Source of the DNA: Syntrophomonadaceae bacterium
GTDB taxonomy: Bacteria; Bacillota; Syntrophomonadia; Syntrophomonadales; Syntrophomonadaceae
Direction of reading: 5' to 3'
DNA length: 49,599 bases
Assembly (NCBI GenBank): GCA_028698695.1
Contig: JAQVWB010000001.1
Location: 1 to 49,599, forward strand
In this document: positions 29,963 through 37,269 of the stretch, piece by piece
Layout: every line of letters begins with the position of its first letter
How positions within the stretch are numbered: position 1 is the first letter of the stretch
Notes under the pieces: model-generated
What the model was told of the DNA's origin: nothing
Database searches by the model: none
What the model saw: the letters and a program-made list of their open reading frames with translations, nothing else
Program-made: the position numbers and the translations under genes

Positions 29963-30037
29963 TTGATTGATAGTTTCAGATGCTTTTAATGCATTTTGAG
30001 CTACATATATTGTATATGACTTTAAGGAGGTGAATAA

Positions 30038-30304
30038 ATGGCAACAAAAATCAGACTAAGAAGAATGGGTGCCAAGAAAAGACCATTCTATCGTTTGGTA
30101 GTAGCAGATGCAAGAGCTCCCAGAGATGGACGTTTTATCGAGGAGATAGGGTTCTATGATCCTGCCACTGAACCAGTCACTATTAAGATTGATGAAGAGA
30201 AGGCTCTAAAATGGTTATCTGATGGAGCTAAACCTTCTGATACAGTTAAATCACTGTTTCAAAAACAAGGTATCATGACCAAGTTCGCTGATAGCCGCAA
30301 ATAA
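30038..30304 (+). CDS. rpsP: 30S ribosomal protein S16
   Basis: [24 protein letters not shown]; RBS AAGGAGGTG. Confidence 0.97.
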   Translation: MATKIRLRRMGAKKRPFYRLVVADARAPRDGRFIEEIGFYDPATEPVTIKIDEEKALKWLSDGAKPSDTVKSLFQKQGIMTKFADSRK

Positions 30305-30325
30305 GTGGCAGGGGGTGAAATATAA

Positions 30326-30553
30326 ATGAAAGAACTGGTCGAATTTATAGCCAAATCACTGGTAGATAACCCCGACGAAGTTGAGATCAAGGAAGTTGAA
30401 AATGATCGCGGCATTGTTCTCGAACTAAAAGTGGCAGCCGATGATATGGGTAAGGTGATTGGCAAACAGGGTAAAATTGCCAAGTCAATTCGTACTCTGA
30501 CCAAAGTTGCTGCTGCCAAAGAGGGTAAAAGAGTAAATGTAGAAATTATTTAG
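30326..30553 (+). CDS. khpA: KH-domain RNA-binding protein (YlqC/KhpA)
   Basis: 75 aa with a GXXG loop in VIGKQGKIAKSIR. Confidence 0.9.
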   Translation: MKELVEFIAKSLVDNPDEVEIKEVENDRGIVLELKVAADDMGKVIGKQGKIAKSIRTLTKVAAAKEGKRVNVEII

Positions 30554-30579
30554 GGCTATATTCTAGCCCTTTCTTTTTT
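30552..30579 (+). terminator. hairpin plus T-run inside the rpsP-rplS cluster (partial terminator or attenuator)
   Basis: AGGGCTA-TATTC-TAGCCCT followed by TTCTTTTTT. Overlaps the khpA stop codon. Confidence 0.45.
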
Positions 30580-30609
30580 AAGGTTTGCTCAGGGGAGTGA
30601 AAAAATATC

Positions 30610-31134
30610 TTGAAAGCTAATGAGCTGGTAAGCATAGGTAAAATCGGAGGAACCCATGGATATAAGGGCTTGCTGAAAGTTTTGCCTCTGACTGATTACC
30701 CACAACGATTTAAACTTTTAAAACAAGTATATGTTGGTCAGGGCAAGAATACGGAGCTGATGACTGTCGAATCAGTTACTGACCATAAGAAACATCTCCT
30801 TATCAAGTTTAAAGGAGTAGATGACAAAGAAGCTGCCCGGGAGTTGAACAACCATTTAATTATGGTTGAAGAAAAAGATATTTATCCATTGCCCCCGGGA
30901 CACTATTATCATTTCCAACTCATGGGGTTATCCGTATTCGATGAGCGCAAGGGTTATCTGGGCGACTTAAACGAGGTTTTGGAAACCGGGGCTAATGATG
31001 TTTATGTAGTAAAATCAGAACGGTATGGGGAAATACTTATACCAGCGATAAAACAGGTAATCAGTAAAGTTGATTTATCTGAAAATAAAATGCTGGTCAA
31101 TCTATTGCCCGGATTATTGGAAGATGATGAGTAA
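30610..31134 (+). CDS. rimM: 16S rRNA processing protein RimM
   Basis: 174 aa. VSIGKIGGTHGYKGLLKV N-terminus and a PRC barrel C-terminus. TTG start. Confidence 0.9.
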   Translation: MKANELVSIGKIGGTHGYKGLLKVLPLTDYPQRFKLLKQVYVGQGKNTELMTVESVTDHKKHLLIKFKGVDDKEAARELNNHLIMVEEKDIYPLPPGHYYHFQLMGLSVFDERKGYLGDLNEVLETGANDVYVVKSERYGEILIPAIKQVISKVDLSENKMLVNLLPGLLEDDE

Positions 31135-31150
31135 ATCGGGAGAGAATAAG

Positions 31151-31894
31151 TTGAGTATAAGGAAATATGATATCCTGACTCTTTTTCCACAGATGTTTGT
31201 ATCGCCCTTTACGGAAAGTATTATAAAAAGGGCTCAGGAAAAAGAACTGGTCGAAATTAATACTATTAATATAAGAGATTTCGCTCCCGGCAGGCAGCGC
31301 CAGGTTGATGATTACCCTTATGGGGGAGGCGCGGGCATGGTTATGAAGGCTGATGTACTGGGTAATGCTCTTGATCAGGTCACATCTGCCCATACATATG
31401 TGGTATATATGTCTCCCCAGGGCACCAGGCTTAATCAGGAAAAGGTCAGACAGCTGTCGCAATATGAGCGTATGGTTATTTTATGCGGACATTATGAGGG
31501 TGTGGACGCACGCATTTTTAGCCGCATAAATGAGGAAATTTCTATTGGAGATTATATATTAACTGGTGGAGAAATACCGGCCATGGTGCTGCTGGATGCC
31601 ATAATTCGTTTGATACCGGGAGTGTTAGGGGACGAAAACTCAACAGTAGAGGAAAGTTTTTCTTCCCGCTGGTTGGAATATCCCCAATACACCAGACCGG
31701 CTGAATATGAGGGGCAAATGGTTCCAGGGATACTCCTTTCCGGACACCATGAGAATATACGCCGTTATCGAAAAAAGCAAAGCTTATTAACCACCCTGCT
31801 AAAACGACCGGATTTACTATTAAACAGAAAATATGATGCCGAGGAACGACAGTTATTAGAAGAAATATTATTTAATGGGGAGCAAGTTGAGTGA
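31151..31894 (+). CDS. trmD: tRNA (guanine37-N1)-methyltransferase
   Basis: YDILTLFPQMF N-terminus and SAM-binding GGEIPAMVLLDAIIRLIPGVLG. TTG 31151 is 6 nt after GGGAGAG (ATG 31124 is an alternative). Confidence 0.93.
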   Translation: MSIRKYDILTLFPQMFVSPFTESIIKRAQEKELVEINTINIRDFAPGRQRQVDDYPYGGGAGMVMKADVLGNALDQVTSAHTYVVYMSPQGTRLNQEKVRQLSQYERMVILCGHYEGVDARIFSRINEEISIGDYILTGGEIPAMVLLDAIIRLIPGVLGDENSTVEESFSSRWLEYPQYTRPAEYEGQMVPGILLSGHHENIRRYRKKQSLLTTLLKRPDLLLNRKYDAEERQLLEEILFNGEQVE

Positions 31895-32466
31895 AAGAAT
31901 CCAAGGTATATATTGCCCTGCTGCATAATTCCATGTACAACAAGCGCATGGAGGTTATAACTACTTCAGTTACTAACCTTGATTTGCATGATATTTCACG
32001 GGCAGCCTGTACTTTTGCCGTGGAGAAATTTTTTGTAGTCCATCCTTCACCTAATCAGCAAGAACTGATTAATGATATACTGGACTATTGGAGAACAGGT
32101 TATGGAGGCATCTATAATCCGGACAGAAAAGAAGCCTTTAATATCCTGTCTCTTACTTCCAACCTTCAGGAGGTAAAGAAACAGATTGAAGAGCAGTGTG
32201 GTGAAGCGCCTATAACCATTGCTACAGATGCCAGGATATATCCCAATACTGTATCCTATAGAGCTTTAAAAAGCAGGATAAAGGGTGAAACCCGGCCTTA
32301 TCTGATATTATTTGGAACTGGCTGGGGAATGGAAAAATCCTGTATGGAAGCCTGTGATCTTATTCTGGAGCCGATCCAACCGCTGGCAGAGTACAATCAT
32401 TTATCGGTCAGAAGCGCCGTATCAATAATACTGGACCGCTTGTTGGGAGATGATTGGTATGAATAA
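31891..32466 (+). CDS. predicted SPOUT-like RNA methyltransferase (trmD-adjacent family, Methyltrn_RNA_4-like)
   Basis: 191 aa with a GTGA overlap with the trmD stop. VTNLDLHDISRA and LILFGTGWG motifs recall the family often encoded next to trmD. Assigned from memory only. Confidence 0.6.
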   Translation: MKESKVYIALLHNSMYNKRMEVITTSVTNLDLHDISRAACTFAVEKFFVVHPSPNQQELINDILDYWRTGYGGIYNPDRKEAFNILSLTSNLQEVKKQIEEQCGEAPITIATDARIYPNTVSYRALKSRIKGETRPYLILFGTGWGMEKSCMEACDLILEPIQPLAEYNHLSVRSAVSIILDRLLGDDWYE

Positions 32467-32524
32467 GTCTAAAACTAGCCGGAATTATCCTGATTAGATT
32501 ATGTGTAAAAATACATATATTTGC

Positions 32525-32635
32525 TTGAGTTTATGTTAATAAAGATGATATAATCTCTTTGTTATGGGTTTATAAAAGGTGGTCCGCTGCAACATCAAGG
32601 TTGGTATGAACACCTGTTGGAAGGAGGTCGGATTG
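32525..32635 (+). promoter_or_regulatory. rplS promoter (TTGAGT-18-TGaTATAAT) and ~75-nt structured leader (possible L19 autoregulatory leader)
   Basis: -35 at 32525-32530, extended -10 at 32546-32554. The leader contains AAGGTGGT...ACACCTGTT pairing that ends at the RBS GGAGGT. Confidence 0.4.
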
Positions 32636-32986
32636 ATGAACGATATAATCAGAAGTATTGAAGCTGAACAATACAAACAGGATTTACCTGATTTTGGACC
32701 TGGCGATACCGTAAAGGTACATGTAAAAGTTGTAGAAGGAACACGGGAAAGAATCCAGATATTTGAGGGCACCGTAATTAAAATCAGAGGTGCCGGACTG
32801 TCCCAGACTTTTACGGTCAGGAGAGTTACTTATGGGGTAGCAGTGGAAAGAACATTTATGATGCATACTCCCAGAATAGCTGCTATTGAGGTAACCCGAC
32901 GGGGTAAAGTACGCCGGGCCAGATTGTTTTACTTACGCGATCGCGTCGGTAAGAAGGCCAGAGTCAAGGAAAAAGGCCGTTTCTAA
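32636..32986 (+). CDS. rplS: 50S ribosomal protein L19
   Basis: [38 protein letters not shown] follows GGAGGT. Confidence 0.96.
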   Translation: MNDIIRSIEAEQYKQDLPDFGPGDTVKVHVKVVEGTRERIQIFEGTVIKIRGAGLSQTFTVRRVTYGVAVERTFMMHTPRIAAIEVTRRGKVRRARLFYLRDRVGKKARVKEKGRF

Positions 32987-33003
32987 TCGCAAAATTTTAA
33001 CCG

Positions 33004-33032
33004 GGAGAATGCCGCAGGGCATTCTCCTTTTT
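33004..33032 (+). terminator. intrinsic terminator after rplS
   Basis: 10-bp stem GGAGAATGCC-GCAG-GGCATTCTCC followed by TTTTT. Confidence 0.85.
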
Positions 33033-33060
33033 GCTATCAATTATGAAATAGACATATAAT
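33031..33060 (+). promoter_or_regulatory. sigma-A-type promoter driving the GC-rich element and rbgA
   Basis: TTGCTA (33031-33036), 18-nt spacer, TATAAT (33055-33060). Confidence 0.55.
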
Positions 33061-33066
33061 ATAATT

Positions 33067-33328
33067 ATGATTCTACTGCATAAAGGTATATTGTGCTGAG
33101 CTGGATGTATAAACACTCCGTTGCCAAGACTCTGCATGGGAAACACCAACGGATTGTTTCGCGGTTCCAGGGGGACGTTCCGATTCCGCGTCCATGCAGG
33201 GCGTCACTCTCGCCCCATCCATGGGGCTCGCCCCCTTCCGCCACTTCACCTTCGCTGGGTGTTTCTTCCATGCTCCGTCAACGGCTCCTGCGTATTTATA
33301 CGTCTAAACCGGGTTTTTGCAGTGGAAT
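33067..33328 (+). ncRNA. unclassified GC-rich structured RNA candidate (rod of four nested helices plus a G/C-run core)
   Basis: No credible ORF. Nested pairings: 33070-33080/33318-33328, 33104-33113/33295-33304, 33118-33123/33279-33284, 33134-33147/33258-33273. G-U wobbles favour the + strand. See findings. Confidence 0.5.
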
Positions 33329-33369
33329 GAATTATCAGTCTCATTATAAAAATGTGGAGGTTTAAATAC

Positions 33370-34227
33370 TTGAATATTAACTGGTATCCGGGCCATATGG
33401 TTAAAGCCAAACGGGCGATAGAAGAAAATATTAAAATGGTTGATATGGTAGTCATGCTCCTGGATGCCCGGGCTCCTTTTTCCTGTCGAAATCCGGAATT
33501 GGAAAAGATCGCCCGCCGCAAGAAAATTGTAATAGTATTAAATAAAGCTGATTTGGCGGCACCTGCTTCCACTAAGGCCTATATCAAAAGATTAATTGAC
33601 CAGGGGTTGGTGGCGGTGGCTATGGATTCCATAAGCGGTAGAGGACAAAAAGAGGTTATTGAAGTGTTACGCAAGGCTTATCAGGATAAAGCAGACATAA
33701 TGATTAGCAAGGGCAATCGGGTAAGACCTGCCCGGGTTATGATTACCGGAGTGCCTAATATAGGTAAATCAACCTTTTTAAATACCCTGGTGCGTCAAAA
33801 AGCGGCACGAACCGGTGCTAAACCTGGTATTACACGAGGGAAGCAATGGGTTAGGGTACGGGATGATATAGAGTTTATGGATACTCCCGGTTTAATGTGG
33901 CCTAAAATAGATAATACCGAGCAGGGATTGAAACTGGCCTTGCTGAATATAATTGGTGAAAATGCTTACGAGGAAGAAAAAGTAGCTTTATATTTAATTA
34001 ATATATTGCAAACCCGATTCCCTGAAGTTTTAAGTGATTACTATAAAGTAACTGATTTGCATGTAAGCAGTGAAGAAATACTGGAACAGATATCCCGTAA
34101 GAGAGGGCATCTGTTAAAAGGTGGTTCGCTGGACCTGGAAAAGACCTGTAAGCACCTGTTGATTGATTACCGAAGTGGTACCCTGGGCAGGATCAGTCTG
34201 GATGATGATTATTTATCTGAGGTATAG
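33370..34227 (+). CDS. rbgA: ribosome biogenesis GTPase A (YlqF)
   Basis: Circularly permuted GTPase: NKADL (G4) precedes GVPNIGKST (G1) and DTPG (G3). INWYPGHM N-terminus. TTG 33370 is 9 nt after GGAGG. Confidence 0.92.
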   Translation: MNINWYPGHMVKAKRAIEENIKMVDMVVMLLDARAPFSCRNPELEKIARRKKIVIVLNKADLAAPASTKAYIKRLIDQGLVAVAMDSISGRGQKEVIEVLRKAYQDKADIMISKGNRVRPARVMITGVPNIGKSTFLNTLVRQKAARTGAKPGITRGKQWVRVRDDIEFMDTPGLMWPKIDNTEQGLKLALLNIIGENAYEEEKVALYLINILQTRFPEVLSDYYKVTDLHVSSEEILEQISRKRGHLLKGGSLDLEKTCKHLLIDYRSGTLGRISLDDDYLSEV

Positions 34228-34338
34228 TGGGGAGTTTAAGGATTACTTAAGGGGGTTGAATCCATGTTGCTAGTTAAACCTGAGCGGGAAAGTTGGCGAA
34301 AACTATTTTATCCCATACGGTCGCAAATAAAAGTAACT

Positions 34339-34776
34339 ATGTTGATTCCAGTTATTTTGGCGGTGGTTTTAAACTCCAGTGGTTGCTACCAGGTCTCGCC
34401 GGAAGATAATAGCACAACCGTAATTAATCCCTCATCGCAAACGCCCGTAGAACCGCTTGGTACTACTGATATCGTTCAAAATCAGAATAACATTGCCCCC
34501 CCTGAAACGGACAAATTGCAATCAGCGCGAAACATATTGTTTGCTTATCAGCCGGAATGGAGAGACCTGGAAGCTCAGGGAAAACGGACTATTGAAGGCG
34601 GTTTTGCTACTATGGTAATTGATACTGAACAGCAACCAGGAAATATATTTGTTTTCCATGTTTATGATATTATTGAGTATCCAGATGAATCACATAATGC
34701 TACTTACGGATGGTTTGAGATTAATACTGATACTGGTGAAGTATATGACAGTATATTAAATGAGCGGGTTTATTAG
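34339..34776 (+). CDS. hypothetical exported/lipoprotein-like protein
   Basis: MLIPVILAVVLNSSGC signal-like N-terminus. The C-terminal YGWFEINTDTGEVYD is PepSY-like. The longest ORF starts at 34264, so the start is uncertain. Confidence 0.5.
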   Translation: MLIPVILAVVLNSSGCYQVSPEDNSTTVINPSSQTPVEPLGTTDIVQNQNNIAPPETDKLQSARNILFAYQPEWRDLEAQGKRTIEGGFATMVIDTEQQPGNIFVFHVYDIIEYPDESHNATYGWFEINTDTGEVYDSILNERVY

Positions 34777-35582
34777 TCCCAGGCCAGTATTTCCCTGACC
34801 GGCATAGCCAGTCCGATTATCTCATTGCTGTTATCATTATCAGCTTTATAAGTAGCAAAAACTACTCCCACTACTTTGCCCTGCTGATTATATACCGGAC
34901 TACCGCTATTACCAGGGTAAATTGGTGCCAGGATACTGAAAGACTGTTCGGCTTTGTCCTGGATGTTCAGATAAGCCCCCACCGTTCCCTCAACTACCAC
35001 ATTGTTTAATCCCAATGGATTTCCCACCACCATAACCTGGTCACCCACCACCGGGACTTCATGTTGCAGGGCTACATAAGGCAAATCGGATTTTTCCAGA
35101 TGTAAAACTGCTAAATCATATTCCGGTTTACTATCCCAATTAATTACTTTATACGGTATACCATCCGGAAAACGAACTATTATCCGGGAAGCGTTTTCAA
35201 TTACATGATGATTGGTAATGATGACTCCGTCAGGTTCAATATTAAAACCGGTGCCGTGGCGGGATTGATTTAATCCTTCACCTTCTGCCTCAATTTTAAC
35301 TACTGCCTCCAGTAATTGTTTATCCATAGTCTCTTTTAAAGAGGAAGAATCCAATAATAGTTCACCTATGGGCTGAAAATTATTGGGCCAATAGGTAATA
35401 GCAATTAAAGCAGCAAAAGCCAATACAGTTATTAAAGCTGTGATGCGCAACCACAGGGGTATACGGCTGGGGTATGAATCATTATCATCTTCCAGCCAGT
35501 CCATATATGATTCGTTCTCATCCCAGCTGGTATCTGGATAATCCAATCTCTTATCCGAGTTGTCAGGTTCAGAATTCTTCAT
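34773..35582 (-). CDS. membrane-anchored trypsin-like (S1-family) serine protease
   Basis: Catalytic-triad contexts TNHHV, DLAVLHL, GNSGSPVY. N-terminal acidic tail plus a TM helix (LWLRITALITVLAFAALIAI). Confidence 0.85.
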   Translation of the reverse strand: MKNSEPDNSDKRLDYPDTSWDENESYMDWLEDDNDSYPSRIPLWLRITALITVLAFAALIAITYWPNNFQPIGELLLDSSSLKETMDKQLLEAVVKIEAEGEGLNQSRHGTGFNIEPDGVIITNHHVIENASRIIVRFPDGIPYKVINWDSKPEYDLAVLHLEKSDLPYVALQHEVPVVGDQVMVVGNPLGLNNVVVEGTVGAYLNIQDKAEQSFSILAPIYPGNSGSPVYNQQGKVVGVVFATYKADNDNSNEIIGLAMPVREILAWD

Positions 35583-35850
35583 AATACTCTCTTCCCTAAC
35601 TTAATTTTTTAATAAATAGCTGAATAATAGAATCTATCGATTTAATTCTACATGCTATTTCCTTTTAGTAGAAGGGGGTAAATGGCTGACGATATAACCA
35701 ATCAGGTTAGATGATGGAAGAAGACAATTGATATTAATACATAGTATTTACATAAATATTTTGCAGGAATTAATATTATTTTATCGAATAGGAACAACAA
35801 TAGGCATATAATATATAAATAAAAGTTATGAAACGGAGGTTGGGGAACAA

Positions 35851-36921
35851 ATGAATCGTGCCAAATGGTTTATTCTCATTACCGGTTTGACCATCGGTGC
35901 TATTGCAGTCATATTGGTTAAATTGGGCAATCCGGCTAATATGGGCTTTTGTATTGCCTGTTTTGAGCGGGATATAGCAGGGGCACTGGGGTTACATCGC
36001 GCCGGGGTAGTCCAGTACATGCGTCCGGAAATAATCGGCATTATACTGGGGGCCCTGTTAACAGCAATGTTTTCCGGAGAGTTTAAGTCCCGGGGGGGTT
36101 CTGCTACTACAGTTAGGTTTGTAATGGGTGTATTTATGATGATTGGAGCCCTGGTATTTCTGGGATGTCCGTTACGTGATGTTTTGCGTATGGCGGGTGG
36201 GGACTTCAACGCGGTAGTTGGGTTTATTGGATTTATTGCCGGAGTAGGCAGCGGGGTTTTCTTTCTCAGACGAGGTTTTAATTTGGGCAGAGCCGAAGCC
36301 AGTCATTCCAATGCGGGTGGTTTATTGTTGCCCATCATTTTTGTGTTCTTCCTGTTTCTATTACTTAAAGCTACCGTGTTTAATCCTGATGCGGGCGGAC
36401 CAATATTCTTCAGCAAGGAAGGTCCGGGTTCCATGGTTGCACCGCTGGGGATATCGTTGTTGGCCGGATTATTGGTAGGATTTTTAGCTCAGAGGACCAG
36501 GCTGTGTTTAAGCGGTGGAATTCGTGACTTCATCTTAATCAGGGATAATTATCTCTTAATCGGTTTTATAGGAATTTTCATTGGAGCACTGGTGCTGAAT
36601 GTTGGCTTTGGATTTTTCAAACCAGGATTTGCTGAACAACCCATTGCTCATACTATGCATATATGGAACTTTCTGGGCTTATATCTGGTCGGCCTAACTG
36701 CTACCTTGTTGGGTGGATGCCCTCTGCGCCAATTGATTCTATCCGGTGAAGGAGATATGGACGCAGCAGCAGTAGTGGTCGGAATGATCGTAGGGGCAGC
36801 TTTTGCTCATAACTTTATGCTGGCGGCCAGCCCTGCTGGAGTAGCAACTTACGGACAAATTGCCTGTGTAGTTGGCATATTGCTGATGGGTTGGATTGGT
36901 TGGAGTTTTCGTGAGGAGTAG
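35851..36921 (+). CDS. YeeE/YedE-family sulfur/selenium transport membrane protein
   Basis: 356 aa, polytopic. GNPANMGFCIACFERDIAGALGLH N-terminus and repeated GCPLR motifs (FLGCPLRD, LGGCPLRQ). Confidence 0.85.
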   Translation: MNRAKWFILITGLTIGAIAVILVKLGNPANMGFCIACFERDIAGALGLHRAGVVQYMRPEIIGIILGALLTAMFSGEFKSRGGSATTVRFVMGVFMMIGALVFLGCPLRDVLRMAGGDFNAVVGFIGFIAGVGSGVFFLRRGFNLGRAEASHSNAGGLLLPIIFVFFLFLLLKATVFNPDAGGPIFFSKEGPGSMVAPLGISLLAGLLVGFLAQRTRLCLSGGIRDFILIRDNYLLIGFIGIFIGALVLNVGFGFFKPGFAEQPIAHTMHIWNFLGLYLVGLTATLLGGCPLRQLILSGEGDMDAAAVVVGMIVGAAFAHNFMLAASPAGVATYGQIACVVGILLMGWIGWSFREE

Positions 36922-36932
36922 GGGGTATTTTA

Positions 36933-37142
36933 GTGGAAAGAATTGATGTGCGGGGATTAAGCTGTCCTATGCCGGTTTTAAAGTGTAAGAAGGCTATAGA
37001 TCAAGGAGCCAAAGAATTATTAGTTATAGGTAGCAGCCAGGTATCCAAAGAGAATGTAACCAAACTGGCCAAAAAGGAAGGTTTTAAAGTTACCCTCGCA
37101 GTAGATGCCAAAGACGAATGGGAGATGAATTTGAAAAAGTAA
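36933..37142 (+). CDS. TusA/SirA-like sulfurtransferase (YeeD/YedF-type partner)
   Basis: 69 aa with GLSCPMPVLKCKKAI (CPxP motif). GTG start directly after the transporter gene. Confidence 0.85.
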   Translation: MERIDVRGLSCPMPVLKCKKAIDQGAKELLVIGSSQVSKENVTKLAKKEGFKVTLAVDAKDEWEMNLKK

Positions 37143-37269
37143 CACAATATTTCCCGTTTTTTCGCAAGACTATAATAACAAATGAGGTTACAATTAGAGA
37201 AGAAACTCGATATCTTTTGGGTTTCTTCTTTACTATTGAAATACAAAATACTTTTGGTGGGTAGCGTAT

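Noticed and set aside
33140-33262. Possible cobalamin (GCCACT...) or ZTP (CGCTGGGTG resembling CCGCCTGGGCA) riboswitch in the GC-rich element
   Set aside because: These are only short partial resemblances. The core conserved blocks (GGTG..AATCC and the B12 box for cobalamin; GGGTCGTGACTGGCG for ZTP) are absent, and the downstream gene rbgA does not fit either regulon.
33065-33365. Three overlapping ORFs (33065-33271 minus strand, 33093-33365 plus, 33121-33330 plus; 68-90 aa)
   Set aside because: They mutually overlap in different frames and strands and have no RBS. Their composition is Pro/Arg/Gly/Ser-rich and non-protein-like, and they coincide with extensive base-pairing. I interpret them as artefacts of a GC-rich structured non-coding element.
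35826-36209. 127-aa minus-strand ORF opposite the YeeE/YedE gene
   Set aside because: It is antisense to a well-supported polytopic membrane protein gene. Pro/Ala/Ile-rich mirror composition is typical of shadow ORFs.
37196-37231. AT-rich hairpin after the TusA-like gene as a terminator
   Set aside because: The stem AGAGAAGAAAC/GTTTCTTCTTT has a 14-nt loop, is weak, and lacks a distinct downstream U-tract beyond the stem itself. That is too uncertain to annotate.
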